A stretch of 64,000 nt of DNA from an uncultured Actinomycetota bacterium. GTDB lineage: Bacteria; Actinomycetota; Actinomycetes; Prado026. The DNA is taken from NCBI GenBank assembly GCA_963849365.1, contig CAWKHA010000004.1, positions 1,430,227 through 1,494,226 of the forward strand. Reading direction: 5' to 3'. The notes under the pieces were generated by a model that ran no database searches, was not told the DNA's origin, and saw only the letters and a list, made by a program, of their open reading frames with translations. A program made the position numbers and the translations under genes. This document shows, piece after piece, positions 12,780-21,619 of this stretch (its first letter is position 1; each line of letters begins with the position of its first letter).

Positions 12780-14278
12780 ACGGGCTCGCCGTGCTCGTCC
12801 TGGCCCTGCTGGTGCTGCCGGCCGGGGGAGCGCTCGTGCTGCTGCTGGCCGGCAGCCGGGCCGACGTCTGGGCGCAGTGGTTCGGCGTCGCCGTCTCCGG
12901 TGCGGTGCTGGCGGTGGCGGCCGCGCTGGCCGGTGGCTTCGACCGCGCCGACCCGCGACGCCTGCAGGGCGTCGTGGACACCGCCTGGGTGCCGCAGCTG
13001 GGGCTGCGGTTCCACGTCGGCGTCGACGGGATCTCGCTGCCGCTCGTCGTCCTCACCGCGTTGCTGACCGCGCTGTGCGCCGCGTACACCGTCCGGCACC
13101 TGCCGGACCCGGGCCGCCCGCGCGCGCTGGTCGGCCTCCTGCTGCTGCTCGAGGTCGGGCTGCTCGGGACCTTCGTGGCGCAGGACCTGCTGCTGTTCTT
13201 CGTGTTCTTCGAGGTCGTGCTCGTCCCCATGTACTTCGTCATCGCAGTCTGGGGTGGGCATCGCCGGGTCCCCGCGGCGACGACGTTCATCCTCTACACC
13301 GTCATCGGCTCTGTCGTGATGCTGCTCGGCTTCCTGCTGGTGTGGGTGCGCACCGGGACCACCGACATGGTCGCGCTCTCGGTGCGCGGCGGAGCCGGGA
13401 TGCCGCGGACGGTGCAGGTCGTCGCCATCGTGGCGATCGGCCTGGGCCTGGCGGTGAAGGCGCCCATGTGGCCGCTGCACACCTGGCTGCCCGACGCGCA
13501 CACGGCGGCGCCGACCGTCGGCTCGGTGCTGCTGGCCGGGGTGCTGCTCAAGATGGGCACGTACGGCATGGTGCGGATCGCCGTTCCGGTCCTGCCGCAG
13601 GGCGCGTCCGCGGTCGCGCCGTACCTGGGCGCGCTCGGCGTGGTCGGCATCGTGTACGGCTCGCTCGCCTGCCTCGCCCAGCGTGACCTCAAGCGGCTGG
13701 TCGCGTTCTCCTCGGTCGGCCACATGGGGTTCGTCCTGCTCGGGATCGCGACGCTGACTCCGATCGGCCTCAACGGGGCTCTGTACGCCAACATCGCCCA
13801 CGGGGTCATCACCGGGCTGCTGTTCTTCCTCGTCGGCGGCGTCAAGGACCGGTACGGGACCACCGACCTGGGCGAGCTGCCGCGGTCGCTGTACGCGCGG
13901 GCGCCACGCCTCGGCGGGCTGCTGGCGCTGGCCGCCGTGGCCAGCCTCGGCCTGCCCGGCCTGGCCGGGTTCTGGGGAGAGTTCCTCGCGATGGCGGGTG
14001 CGTTCCGGCCGGCCGCAGGTCTGCACCGGGCGCTGTTCCTGGTGCTGCTGGGGGTGGCCGCCGCCGGCACTGTGCTGACGGCCTACTACCTGCTGCGGGT
14101 CGTGCGCCGCGTCGACCAGGGCGACGGGACCGGGCCGGCCGTGCACGACGTCGACGTCGCCGAGGCCACGGCATGGCTGCCGCTGGCCGCGCTCGCCGTG
14201 CTGCTCGGAGTGCTGCCGGGCGTTCTGCTCGGCCTGTCCGGGCCGGCGGTGGCCGCGCTGCTGGGGGTGGGGTCGTGA
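12776..14278 (+). CDS. nuoM: Complex I-like antiporter-like subunit M
   Basis: ND4/NuoM family (..WLPDAHTAAPTVGSVLLAGVLLKMGTYG..). GTG 12776 overlaps nuoL stop. Confidence 0.9.
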   Translation: MNGLAVLVLALLVLPAGGALVLLLAGSRADVWAQWFGVAVSGAVLAVAAALAGGFDRADPRRLQGVVDTAWVPQLGLRFHVGVDGISLPLVVLTALLTALCAAYTVRHLPDPGRPRALVGLLLLLEVGLLGTFVAQDLLLFFVFFEVVLVPMYFVIAVWGGHRRVPAATTFILYTVIGSVVMLLGFLLVWVRTGTTDMVALSVRGGAGMPRTVQVVAIVAIGLGLAVKAPMWPLHTWLPDAHTAAPTVGSVLLAGVLLKMGTYGMVRIAVPVLPQGASAVAPYLGALGVVGIVYGSLACLAQRDLKRLVAFSSVGHMGFVLLGIATLTPIGLNGALYANIAHGVITGLLFFLVGGVKDRYGTTDLGELPRSLYARAPRLGGLLALAAVASLGLPGLAGFWGEFLAMAGAFRPAAGLHRALFLVLLGVAAAGTVLTAYYLLRVVRRVDQGDGTGPAVHDVDVAEATAWLPLAALAVLLGVLPGVLLGLSGPAVAALLGVGS

Positions 14279-15807
14279 CCGGCGCGGTCCTGGGAGCGGC
14301 GACCGCGGCGACAGTGCCGGGGACCCCGGGGGTGCAGAGCCTGGACTACGTTGCGCTCGCCCCCGTCCTGGTGCTCGCCGCCGGCGCGCTCCTCGTCCTG
14401 CTCGTCGATCTCGCCGCGCCGCGCCGGCCGGCGCTCGTCGGAGGCGTGTCGATCGGCTGCGTCGTCGTGGCGCTCGCCTGCCTCGTCCCGCTGCGCGACG
14501 GGTCACGGGCGACCTTCTGCGTCGCGCCCTCCCCGCCGCTGCCGCCGGCCTGCTCGTACGTCGCCGACCATCTCGCGGTGTCCGTCCAGCTGGTGCTGCT
14601 CGCCGGGGCCGGCGTCGTGGTGCTCCTGTCGATGGCCGAGCGGTCGCTGCCGCCCGGGGAGCTGCACTTCCTGCTGCTGTCGTCGGTGGCCGGGGCGACG
14701 ACGGTGGCGGCGGCCCGTGACCTGGCGACGCTGGTCGTCGCCCTCGAGCTGGTGTCCCTGCCCTCGTTCGCGCTGGTGGCGCTGCGCCGCGACGCCCGAG
14801 CGGCCCAGGCCGGGCTGACCGTCTTCCTGGTCTCGGTGGTGGCCACGGCGGTCACCGTGCTCGGGGTCGCGTTCGTCTACGCCGGGACCGGCACGCTGTT
14901 CCTGCAGCGGACCGCGGTGGCCCTGGCGGGCGCGGGGGTGCGGCAGCCGCTGGTCCTGGCCGGGCTGGTGCTCGTCCTGGCCGCACCCGCGTTCAAGCTG
15001 GCGGCCTTCCCGCTGCACGCCTGGGCCCCCGACACGTACCTGGGTGCGCCCCTGCCGGTGGCCGCCTACCTGTCGGTCGTGTCCAAGGGCGCCGGGCTGG
15101 TCGCGCTGCTGGCGATCACGCTCGGCGGGTTCGCGCCGGCGGCGGGAACCTGGGCGCCGGCCGTCGCGGTGCTGACGGCGGGCACCCTCGTGGTCGGCAA
15201 CCTGGGTGCGTTGCGGCAGCGTTCGGCGGTGCGGCTGCTGGCGTGGTCGTCGGTGGCGCAGGCCGGCTACCTGCTGCTGCCGGTCGCCGCGGCCGGCACC
15301 GCGGGCGTCGGGGGGCTCACCGGGCTGGCCGCGGCCGCGGCCGTCGCGTACCTGGCGGCGTACGCCGCGATGAACCTCGGGGCGTTCGCCGTGGTGGCGG
15401 CTGCCGCACCACCCGGCCGTACGACCGCGTCCCTCCGGCTGGACGACCTGCGCGGGCTGGCCAGGACGCGCCCGGCGCTGGGGCTGTCGCTGGCGTTCTT
15501 CCTCGCCTGCCTGGCCGGGCTGCCCCCGGGGCTGGTCGGGCTGGTCACCAAGGTCCGGGTGCTCGAGCTGCCGGTCCGGTCGGCGAGCGGGTGGCTCGCG
15601 GTCCTGGCCGCCGTGGCGACGGTGGTCGGCCTGGCCTACTACCTGCGGTTCGCGGCGATCCTGTTCGCGCCGCCGGAGGGCTCGGCCGTCGCCGGCCCCG
15701 CCGCCGCGTCGCGGGCGACCACGGGCTGGGCGGTCGGGCTGACCCTGGCCACGACGGTCGTCCTGTCGGCGGCGCCGGCCCTGGTGCTCGGGCTGCTCGG
15801 GCCCTGA
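14275..15807 (+). CDS. nuoN: Complex I-like antiporter-like subunit N
   Basis: ND2/NuoN family hydrophobic protein. GTG 14275 overlaps nuoM stop (GTGA). Confidence 0.85.
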   Translation: MTGAVLGAATAATVPGTPGVQSLDYVALAPVLVLAAGALLVLLVDLAAPRRPALVGGVSIGCVVVALACLVPLRDGSRATFCVAPSPPLPPACSYVADHLAVSVQLVLLAGAGVVVLLSMAERSLPPGELHFLLLSSVAGATTVAAARDLATLVVALELVSLPSFALVALRRDARAAQAGLTVFLVSVVATAVTVLGVAFVYAGTGTLFLQRTAVALAGAGVRQPLVLAGLVLVLAAPAFKLAAFPLHAWAPDTYLGAPLPVAAYLSVVSKGAGLVALLAITLGGFAPAAGTWAPAVAVLTAGTLVVGNLGALRQRSAVRLLAWSSVAQAGYLLLPVAAAGTAGVGGLTGLAAAAAVAYLAAYAAMNLGAFAVVAAAAPPGRTTASLRLDDLRGLARTRPALGLSLAFFLACLAGLPPGLVGLVTKVRVLELPVRSASGWLAVLAAVATVVGLAYYLRFAAILFAPPEGSAVAGPAAASRATTGWAVGLTLATTVVLSAAPALVLGLLGP

Positions 15808-15934
15808 CGTTCAGCCATCTCTCAGCGCCAGGGGGAACACTGGTGCCGGTCCGGCTCGTTCAGCGGGTACGCCACCTCGACGGTGGCGAGGCGACCGGTC
15901 GCTCCTGCGACCGGCACGGGAGGCAGGGACGTTC

Positions 15935-16807
15935 GTGCACCGCTACCACAACGGGCTCAAGACCGCCGTCCTGATCGCGTCGCTCTCGGCGCTGATCATG
16001 GTCGCCGGGGCGCTGATCGGCGGGACCAGGGGTCTGGTCATCGCGTTCGTGATCGCGCTGGCGACCAACGGCTACGCGTACTTCAACAGCGCCAGGCTCG
16101 CCCTGCGCTCGATGAAGGCGTACGAGGTCGACTCGCACCAGCAGCCGGTCATGTACCGGGTCGTGCAGCAGCTGTCGTCGGCAGCCGGGCAGCCCATGCC
16201 GCGCCTGTACGTCTCCCCGACCGACGCGCCGAACGCGTTCGCCACCGGCCGCAACCCCGAGAACGCAGCGGTCTGCTGCACCGAGGGCATCCTCGCGCTG
16301 CTGGACGAGCGCGAGCTACGCGGCGTGCTCGGTCACGAGCTCGCGCACGTCTACAACCGGGACATCCTCATCTCCTCGGTCGCCGCCGCGCTGGCGACGG
16401 TGATCATGTTCCTCGCGCAGCTGGCGTACTTCCTGCCGTTCCTCGGTGGCGGCAACCGTGACAACCGGGACGGGAACGCGCTCGGCGTGCTGCTGGTCGC
16501 GATCCTCGGGCCGGTGGCCGCCGGCCTGATCCAGCTGGCGATCAGCCGGTCCCGCGAGTACCAGGCCGACCAGTCGGGCGCGATGCTCACCCACGACCCG
16601 CTCGCGCTGGCGTCGGCGCTGGCCAAGCTCGACGCGGGCACGGCCCGGAGGCCGCTGAAGCCCACGCCGGACGTGCAGACGACCTCCGCACTGATGATCG
16701 CGAACCCGTTCAACGCGCAGGGGATGTCGCAGCTGTTCTCGACGCACCCGCCGATGGCGGAGCGGATCGCCCGCCTGCAGGAGCTGGCCCGCCAGCTGCA
16801 GGCCTGA
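15935..16807 (+). CDS. htpX: Zinc metalloprotease HtpX (M48 family)
   Basis: HELAH zinc-binding motif, N-terminal TM helices, C-terminal ...HPPMAERI. Confidence 0.88.
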   Translation: MHRYHNGLKTAVLIASLSALIMVAGALIGGTRGLVIAFVIALATNGYAYFNSARLALRSMKAYEVDSHQQPVMYRVVQQLSSAAGQPMPRLYVSPTDAPNAFATGRNPENAAVCCTEGILALLDERELRGVLGHELAHVYNRDILISSVAAALATVIMFLAQLAYFLPFLGGGNRDNRDGNALGVLLVAILGPVAAGLIQLAISRSREYQADQSGAMLTHDPLALASALAKLDAGTARRPLKPTPDVQTTSALMIANPFNAQGMSQLFSTHPPMAERIARLQELARQLQA

Positions 16808-16840
16808 CCCAGCGGGGCACCGACCCCCTGTTCCGCGCGG

Positions 16841-17329
16841 TCAGCGGTAGTTGGTGAACTGGAGCGCGTACTCCAGGTCCTTGTCCTTGAGCAGCGCGAT
16901 GACCGCCTGCAGGTCGTCGCGACTCTTCGAGGAGACCCGCAGCTCGTCGCCCTGGACCTGGACCTTCGCGTTCTTCGGCCCCTCGTCCCGGATGATCTTG
17001 CCGATCTTCTTGGTCGCCTCCTGGGACAGCCCCTGCTTGAGATCCGCGGCGATGCGGTACTCCTTGCCCGACACCTGGGGCTCGCCCGCGTCCAGCGCCT
17101 TCAGCGAGACACCGCGCTTGACCAGCTTGTCCTTGAAGACGTCCAGCACCGCCTTGACCCGGTCCTCCGACGAGGCGCTCATCTGCACCCGCTCGCCCGA
17201 CCAGGCGATCGACGCGCCGACGTTCTTGAAGTCGTAGCGCTGCGCGATCTCCTTGGCGGCCTGGTTCAGTGCGTTGTCGACCTCCTGACGGTCCACCTTG
17301 GAGACGATGTCGAAGCTGGAGTCGGCCAT
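16841..17329 (-). CDS. yajQ: YajQ family (UPF0234) nucleotide-binding protein
   Basis: Minus-strand ORF. The real start is ATG (complement of 17327-17329), giving [36 protein letters not shown]... The longer ORF-track extension runs across the tRNA genes and is an artefact. Confidence 0.8.
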   Translation of the reverse strand: MADSSFDIVSKVDRQEVDNALNQAAKEIAQRYDFKNVGASIAWSGERVQMSASSEDRVKAVLDVFKDKLVKRGVSLKALDAGEPQVSGKEYRIAADLKQGLSQEATKKIGKIIRDEGPKNAKVQVQGDELRVSSKSRDDLQAVIALLKDKDLEYALQFTNYR

Positions 17330-17385
17330 GGTTCCCTCGTTTGGGACGGCTGTACGGGCGTGCGCTATTGTTCCACCCGCTCCGC

Positions 17386-17467
17386 GGCGGGTTGCCCGAG
17401 TGGCCAATGGGAGCGGACTGTAAATCCGTCGGCTTAGCCTACGAAGGTTCGAATCCTTCACCCGCCA
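17386..17467 (+). tRNA. tRNA-Tyr (anticodon GTA), type II with long variable arm
   Basis: Cloverleaf read by eye: acceptor ggcgggt/acccgcc, anticodon loop cuGUAaa, T-loop ggttcgaatcc. Confidence 0.85.
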
Positions 17468-17587
17468 CGCGCCCGGTCCCGGGCCCTGGTACGAGTCCTC
17501 GTCCGGGGTCCGGGACCCCCGCTGTGCAGGGCCGGCGCTTTCCACCACGCGGGCGGCTCCGTGTACCCTCTGGACGGTTCTCGCCGC

Positions 17588-17660
17588 GCCCCTTTAGCTC
17601 AGTCGGCAGAGCGTCTCCATGGTAAGGAGAAGGTCTACGGTTCGATTCCGTAAAGGGGCT
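17588..17660 (+). tRNA. tRNA-Thr (anticodon GGT)
   Basis: Acceptor gcccctt/aaggggc, D-arm agctcagtcggcagagc, anticodon loop cuccauGGUaagg, T-loop ggttcgattcc. Confidence 0.85.
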
Positions 17661-17666
17661 CCCACG

Positions 17667-18446
17667 ATGTCGTCCGCGCCATCCGCGTCCCCCGCGTCGC
17701 CCGCCCGCCCAGCGGTGCGGATCGCGATGTGGTCGGGCCCGCGGAACATCTCCACCGCGATGATGCGCTCGTTCGGCAACCGGCCGGACACCGCCGTGGT
17801 CGACGAGCCGCTGTACGCCGCCTACCTGCGCGAGACCGGCCTGGACCACCCCGCTCGCGACGAGATCCTGGCCGCGCAGGACGACGACTGGCGCCGGGTG
17901 ACCGCCGCCCTGGTCGGGCCGGTGCCCGGCGGCCGCCGCGTGTTCTACCAGAAGCACATGACCCACCACCTGCTCCCCGGAACCGGGCGCGACTGGCTCG
18001 GTCAGGTGACCAACGCCTTCCTGGTCCGCGACCCCGCCGGCGTCGTCGCGTCGTACGCGCGGGTGCGCGGCGAGCCCACGCTGGAGGACCTGGGGTTCCC
18101 GCAGCAGGTGGAGATCTTCCGGATCTGCGCCGACGCGTCGGGGACGGCCCCACCGGTCGTGGACGCGGCCGACGTGCTGGCCGCGCCGGGACCGGTCCTG
18201 GCCGAGCTGTGCAGCCGCGTCGGCATCGACTTCGACGACCGGATGCTGTCCTGGCCGGCCGGCCGGCGGCCGACCGACGGGGTCTGGGCGCCGTACTGGT
18301 ACGCAGCCGTGGAGGCCTCGACCGGCTTCGGCCCGCCGAGCCGGCGACCCGCCGAGGTCCCCGACCACCTGCTCGGGCTGCTGGAGAGCTGCCGGCCCTA
18401 CTACGACGAGCTGTGGCAGCACCGCATCGAGCCGCCGCCGTCCTAG
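17667..18446 (+). CDS. Conserved hypothetical protein, sulfotransferase-like P-loop fold (tentative)
   Basis: ATG 17667 lies immediately after tRNA-Thr. Carries a ...RIAMWSGPRNISTAMMRSF... PAPS-binding-like P-loop. Homology is inferred from memory only. Confidence 0.4.
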   Translation: MSSAPSASPASPARPAVRIAMWSGPRNISTAMMRSFGNRPDTAVVDEPLYAAYLRETGLDHPARDEILAAQDDDWRRVTAALVGPVPGGRRVFYQKHMTHHLLPGTGRDWLGQVTNAFLVRDPAGVVASYARVRGEPTLEDLGFPQQVEIFRICADASGTAPPVVDAADVLAAPGPVLAELCSRVGIDFDDRMLSWPAGRRPTDGVWAPYWYAAVEASTGFGPPSRRPAEVPDHLLGLLESCRPYYDELWQHRIEPPPS

Positions 18447-18456
18447 GCTGCCCGCC

Positions 18457-19359
18457 ATGCTGCAGACCTTCGACGAGCGCAACCGCGACCTGATGGTGAA
18501 CGTCGACGGCGTGCTCCGGCACCGCGACGAGCCGCACGTTTCGGCCTTCGACTCAGTGGTGCAGGGCGGCGACGCCGTGTGGGAGGGGCTGCGCGTCTAC
18601 GACGGCCGGGTGTTCCGGCTCACCGAGCACCTCGCCCGGCTGCGCCGCTCGGCCCGGGCGCTGGCGTTCGCGCAGGTCCCCGACGACGCCGCCATCACCG
18701 CTGAGATCACCCGGACGCTGGCGGCGAACGGGATGCGGGACGGCGTCCACATCCGGCTCACGCTCACCCGCGGGGTCAAGATCACCAGCGGGATGGACCC
18801 CCGGCTGAACCGGTCCGGCCCGACGCTGATCGTGCTCGCCGAGCACAAGCCGCCGGTGTACGACAGCGCCGGCATCACCCTGGCGACGGCGTCGGTGCGC
18901 CGGCCCGGGCCCGACGTCCTGGACCCCAAGATCCACCACAACAACCTGATCAACTCGATCCTGGCCAAGATCGAGGCGAACGCCGCAGGCGCCGACGACG
19001 CCCTGCTCCTGGACGGTCGAGGATTCGTGGCCGAGACCAACGCGACGCACGTGTTCACGGTCGCCGGGACGGTCGTGCGGACGCCGACCACCCGGGCCTG
19101 CCCGGAGGGGATCACGCGCGCGGTCGTCCTGGAGCTGCTCGCCCGGGAGGGCATCCACTGCGAGGTCGACGACGTGTCCCCGGCCGAGCTGCGCCGGGCG
19201 GACGAGGTGTTCGTGACCGGGACGATGGGCGAGCTCGTCCCCGTCCTGTCCGTGGACGGCTGCCCGGTCGGCGACGGCCGGCCGGGCGAGGCGACCGCGA
19301 GGATCACCACGGCGTTCCGCGTGCTGACGGAGACCGAGGGCACCCGGGTCGTGGACTGA
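18457..19359 (+). CDS. Class IV (fold type IV) aminotransferase, BCAT/D-AAT/ADC-lyase family
   Basis: 300 aa with ...VFVTGTMGELVPV... C-terminal block typical of fold-type IV PLP enzymes. Confidence 0.7.
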   Translation: MLQTFDERNRDLMVNVDGVLRHRDEPHVSAFDSVVQGGDAVWEGLRVYDGRVFRLTEHLARLRRSARALAFAQVPDDAAITAEITRTLAANGMRDGVHIRLTLTRGVKITSGMDPRLNRSGPTLIVLAEHKPPVYDSAGITLATASVRRPGPDVLDPKIHHNNLINSILAKIEANAAGADDALLLDGRGFVAETNATHVFTVAGTVVRTPTTRACPEGITRAVVLELLAREGIHCEVDDVSPAELRRADEVFVTGTMGELVPVLSVDGCPVGDGRPGEATARITTAFRVLTETEGTRVVD

Positions 19360-19470
19360 CCGCCCCAGCCCCGCTTCACCCGGCGGAGTGCGCCGGTGGC
19401 GCCCGATATGTCCGCTTCCAGCGACCGTTCGCGAGGTGAAGCGCGGGGGAAGGTATCGTGACCGGCCTGC

Positions 19471-19544
19471 GGCGGAGTAGCTCAGGTGGTCAGAGCAAGC
19501 GGCTCATAATCGCTGTGTCGCCGGTTCGAGTCCGGCCTCCGCTA
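19471..19544 (+). tRNA. tRNA-Met (anticodon CAT), elongator type
   Basis: Acceptor ggcggag/ctccgct, anticodon loop cuCAUaa, T-loop ggttcgagtcc. Lacks the three consecutive G-C pairs of an initiator anticodon stem. Confidence 0.8.
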
Positions 19545-19630
19545 CCGGCACCGGATTTCCCCTCGTCGTCAGGCCGCGGCTACCCTGCTGCGGTTGTCCC
19601 CGCCGTGCACGTAGTGACCAGGAGCTTCCC

Positions 19631-19798
19631 GTGGCTGCCAAGACCGACGTCCGTCCCAAGATCACCTTGGCGTGCCAGGACTGCAAGCACCGCAACTACA
19701 TCACCAAGAAGAACCGGCGCAACGACCCGGACCGCATCGAGCTGAAGAAGCACTGCCCGTTCTGCAACAAGCACACGGTGCACCGCGAGACCCGCTGA
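19631..19798 (+). CDS. rpmG: 50S ribosomal protein L33
   Basis: Not in the ORF track (55 aa). [55 protein letters not shown] with a C4 zinc ribbon. AGGAG Shine-Dalgarno 7 nt upstream of GTG. Confidence 0.85.
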   Translation: MAAKTDVRPKITLACQDCKHRNYITKKNRRNDPDRIELKKHCPFCNKHTVHRETR

Positions 19799-19916
19799 CC
19801 CCGGCGCGGCCAGGCCGCGCCCCCGAGGCCGTCCCCGATGATCGGGGGCGGCCTTCGTGCGTTAGCGTCGCCCCGCGGTACGGGTGCAGGCGAGCGGGCG
19901 AGGAGAGGGGACGGGG

Positions 19917-20729
19917 ATGCGACGGCTCGAGGACAGGGTGGCCATCGTCACCGGCGCCGGCCGGGGCATCGGCCGGGCGACCGCGCTGCGGCTGGCGGCC
20001 GACGGCGCGGTCGTGGTGGTCAACGACGTCGACGCCGAGCCGGCGCACGAGACGGCCGAGCTGATCGGTGCCGCCGGTGGCCAGGCCTCGGTCGGGATCT
20101 TCGACACCGTCGACCTGGCCGCCGCCCGCGAGCTCGTCGGCTCCACGGTGCAACGGCACGGCAAGGTCGACATCCTGGTCAACAATGCCGGCATCACCCG
20201 GGACAAGATGTTCCACAACCTCGACGACGACCAGTTCACGCTCGCCTTCGACGTGAACTTCAAGACCGGCTTCCACACCACGCTGGCGGCGATGCCGTAC
20301 ATGCGTGAGGTGGCCAAGGCCGAGATCGCCGCCGAGGGGCAGCCCCGCTACCACCGCAAGATCACGTTCACCTCGTCCGTGGTGGCGTTCACCGGTAACC
20401 CGGGGCAGTACAACTACACGGCCGCTAAGGGCGCCATCATCTCCACGACCAAGACCCTGGCCCGCGAGCTCGGCCCGTTCCGGATCAACGTGAACGCGGT
20501 CGCGCCCGGGTTCGTGGAGACGCGGATGACCGCCGCCAAGCAGCCCGGCGCCGATGTGGGCATCCCCGAGGAGATGCGGCAGATGTCGCTCGCGCTGATC
20601 GCGCTCGGGCGCTTCGGGCAGCCAGAGGACATCGCCAACGTGCACGCGTTCCTGGTCTCGCCCGACGCCGACTTCGTCTCCGGCGTCACCGTCCCGGTGA
20701 CCGGCGGGCAGCTGGGAGGGATGGGCTGA
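19917..20729 (+). CDS. SDR family oxidoreductase (FabG-like 3-oxoacyl reductase)
   Basis: Rossmann TGAGRGIGRA and catalytic YNYTAAK motifs. Internal ATG 19917 chosen, preceded by GAGGAGAGGGGA. Confidence 0.8.
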   Translation: MRRLEDRVAIVTGAGRGIGRATALRLAADGAVVVVNDVDAEPAHETAELIGAAGGQASVGIFDTVDLAAARELVGSTVQRHGKVDILVNNAGITRDKMFHNLDDDQFTLAFDVNFKTGFHTTLAAMPYMREVAKAEIAAEGQPRYHRKITFTSSVVAFTGNPGQYNYTAAKGAIISTTKTLARELGPFRINVNAVAPGFVETRMTAAKQPGADVGIPEEMRQMSLALIALGRFGQPEDIANVHAFLVSPDADFVSGVTVPVTGGQLGGMG

Positions 20730-21187
20730 TGCCGCTCGACCCGGCCTTCGTTGGGCGCACGTACCCGCCGACCACGCCGTACCTCGTCAGCCGCGAGAAG
20801 ATCGGCGAGTTCGCCAACGCGGTCGGCGACGCCAACCCGGCGTACCACTCGGTCGAGGCGGCCAGGGCGCTCGGGCACCCCGACGTCGTCGCCCCGCCCA
20901 CGTTCGCCGTGGTGCTCACCTCGCGCGCCTCGGCCCAGGTGATGTTCGACCCCGAGCTCGGGCTGGACTACTCCAAGGTCGTGCACGGAGAGCAGTCGTT
21001 CGCGTACGAGCGTCCCGTGGTCGCGGGGGACCGGCTCGTCGTGGTCGCCGCCGTGGAGAACATCCGGTCGGCGGCCGGCAACGACCTGCTGACGCTGCGC
21101 GCCGAGGTCTCCACCGTCGAGGGCGAGCTGGTGTGCACCGCCCGGTCGACCGTCGTCGCGCGCGGTACCGCCGCGCCGGAGGGCTGA
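20729..21187 (+). CDS. MaoC-like/hotdog (3R)-hydroxyacyl dehydratase subunit, HadA-like
   Basis: 152 aa hotdog fold lacking the catalytic His-containing half. ATGA overlap with the SDR gene. Same position as hadA in the Mycobacterium rpmG-hadABC-secE locus. Confidence 0.7.
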   Translation: MPLDPAFVGRTYPPTTPYLVSREKIGEFANAVGDANPAYHSVEAARALGHPDVVAPPTFAVVLTSRASAQVMFDPELGLDYSKVVHGEQSFAYERPVVAGDRLVVVAAVENIRSAAGNDLLTLRAEVSTVEGELVCTARSTVVARGTAAPEG

Positions 21188-21190
21188 GCC

Positions 21191-21619
21191 GTGCCGGCGA
21201 CCGTGCGCTACGACGACGTCGAGGTGGGCACCGAGCTCCCGGCCCGCTCCTTCCCGCTGACCCGCCTGCGCCTGGTGATGTACGCCGGCGCCTCCGGGGA
21301 CTTCAACGTCATCCACTGGAACGAGCGGGTGGCCCGCTCGGTGGGCCTGCCGGACGTGATCGCGCACGGGATGCTGACCATGGCCGAGGCGGTCCGCGTG
21401 GTCACCGACTGGGCCGGCGACCCGGGCGCCGTCGTCGAGTACGGCGTGCGGTTCACCCGGCCGGTGGTGGTGCCGGACGACGACGCCGGTGCGTCGCTCG
21501 AGGTGACCGGCACGGTCGGCGCCAAGCTGGACGGGGGCCTGGTCCGGGTCGACCTCGTGGCCCGTTCCGGCGAGGACAAGGTCCTCGGGCAGGCCCGCGC
21601 GGTGGTCCGGCTGGTGTGA
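21191..21619 (+). CDS. MaoC-like dehydratase catalytic subunit, HadB-like
   Basis: 142 aa with hydratase-2 motif DFNVIHWNERVARSVGLPDVIAHG. Confidence 0.75.
   Translation: MPATVRYDDVEVGTELPARSFPLTRLRLVMYAGASGDFNVIHWNERVARSVGLPDVIAHGMLTMAEAVRVVTDWAGDPGAVVEYGVRFTRPVVVPDDDAGASLEVTGTVGAKLDGGLVRVDLVARSGEDKVLGQARAVVRLV

Noticed and set aside
17269-17625. Plus-strand ORF and minus-strand ORF extensions spanning tRNA-Tyr and tRNA-Thr
   Set aside because: They run straight through two well-formed tRNA cloverleaves. The yajQ start is the internal ATG at 17329 (complement).
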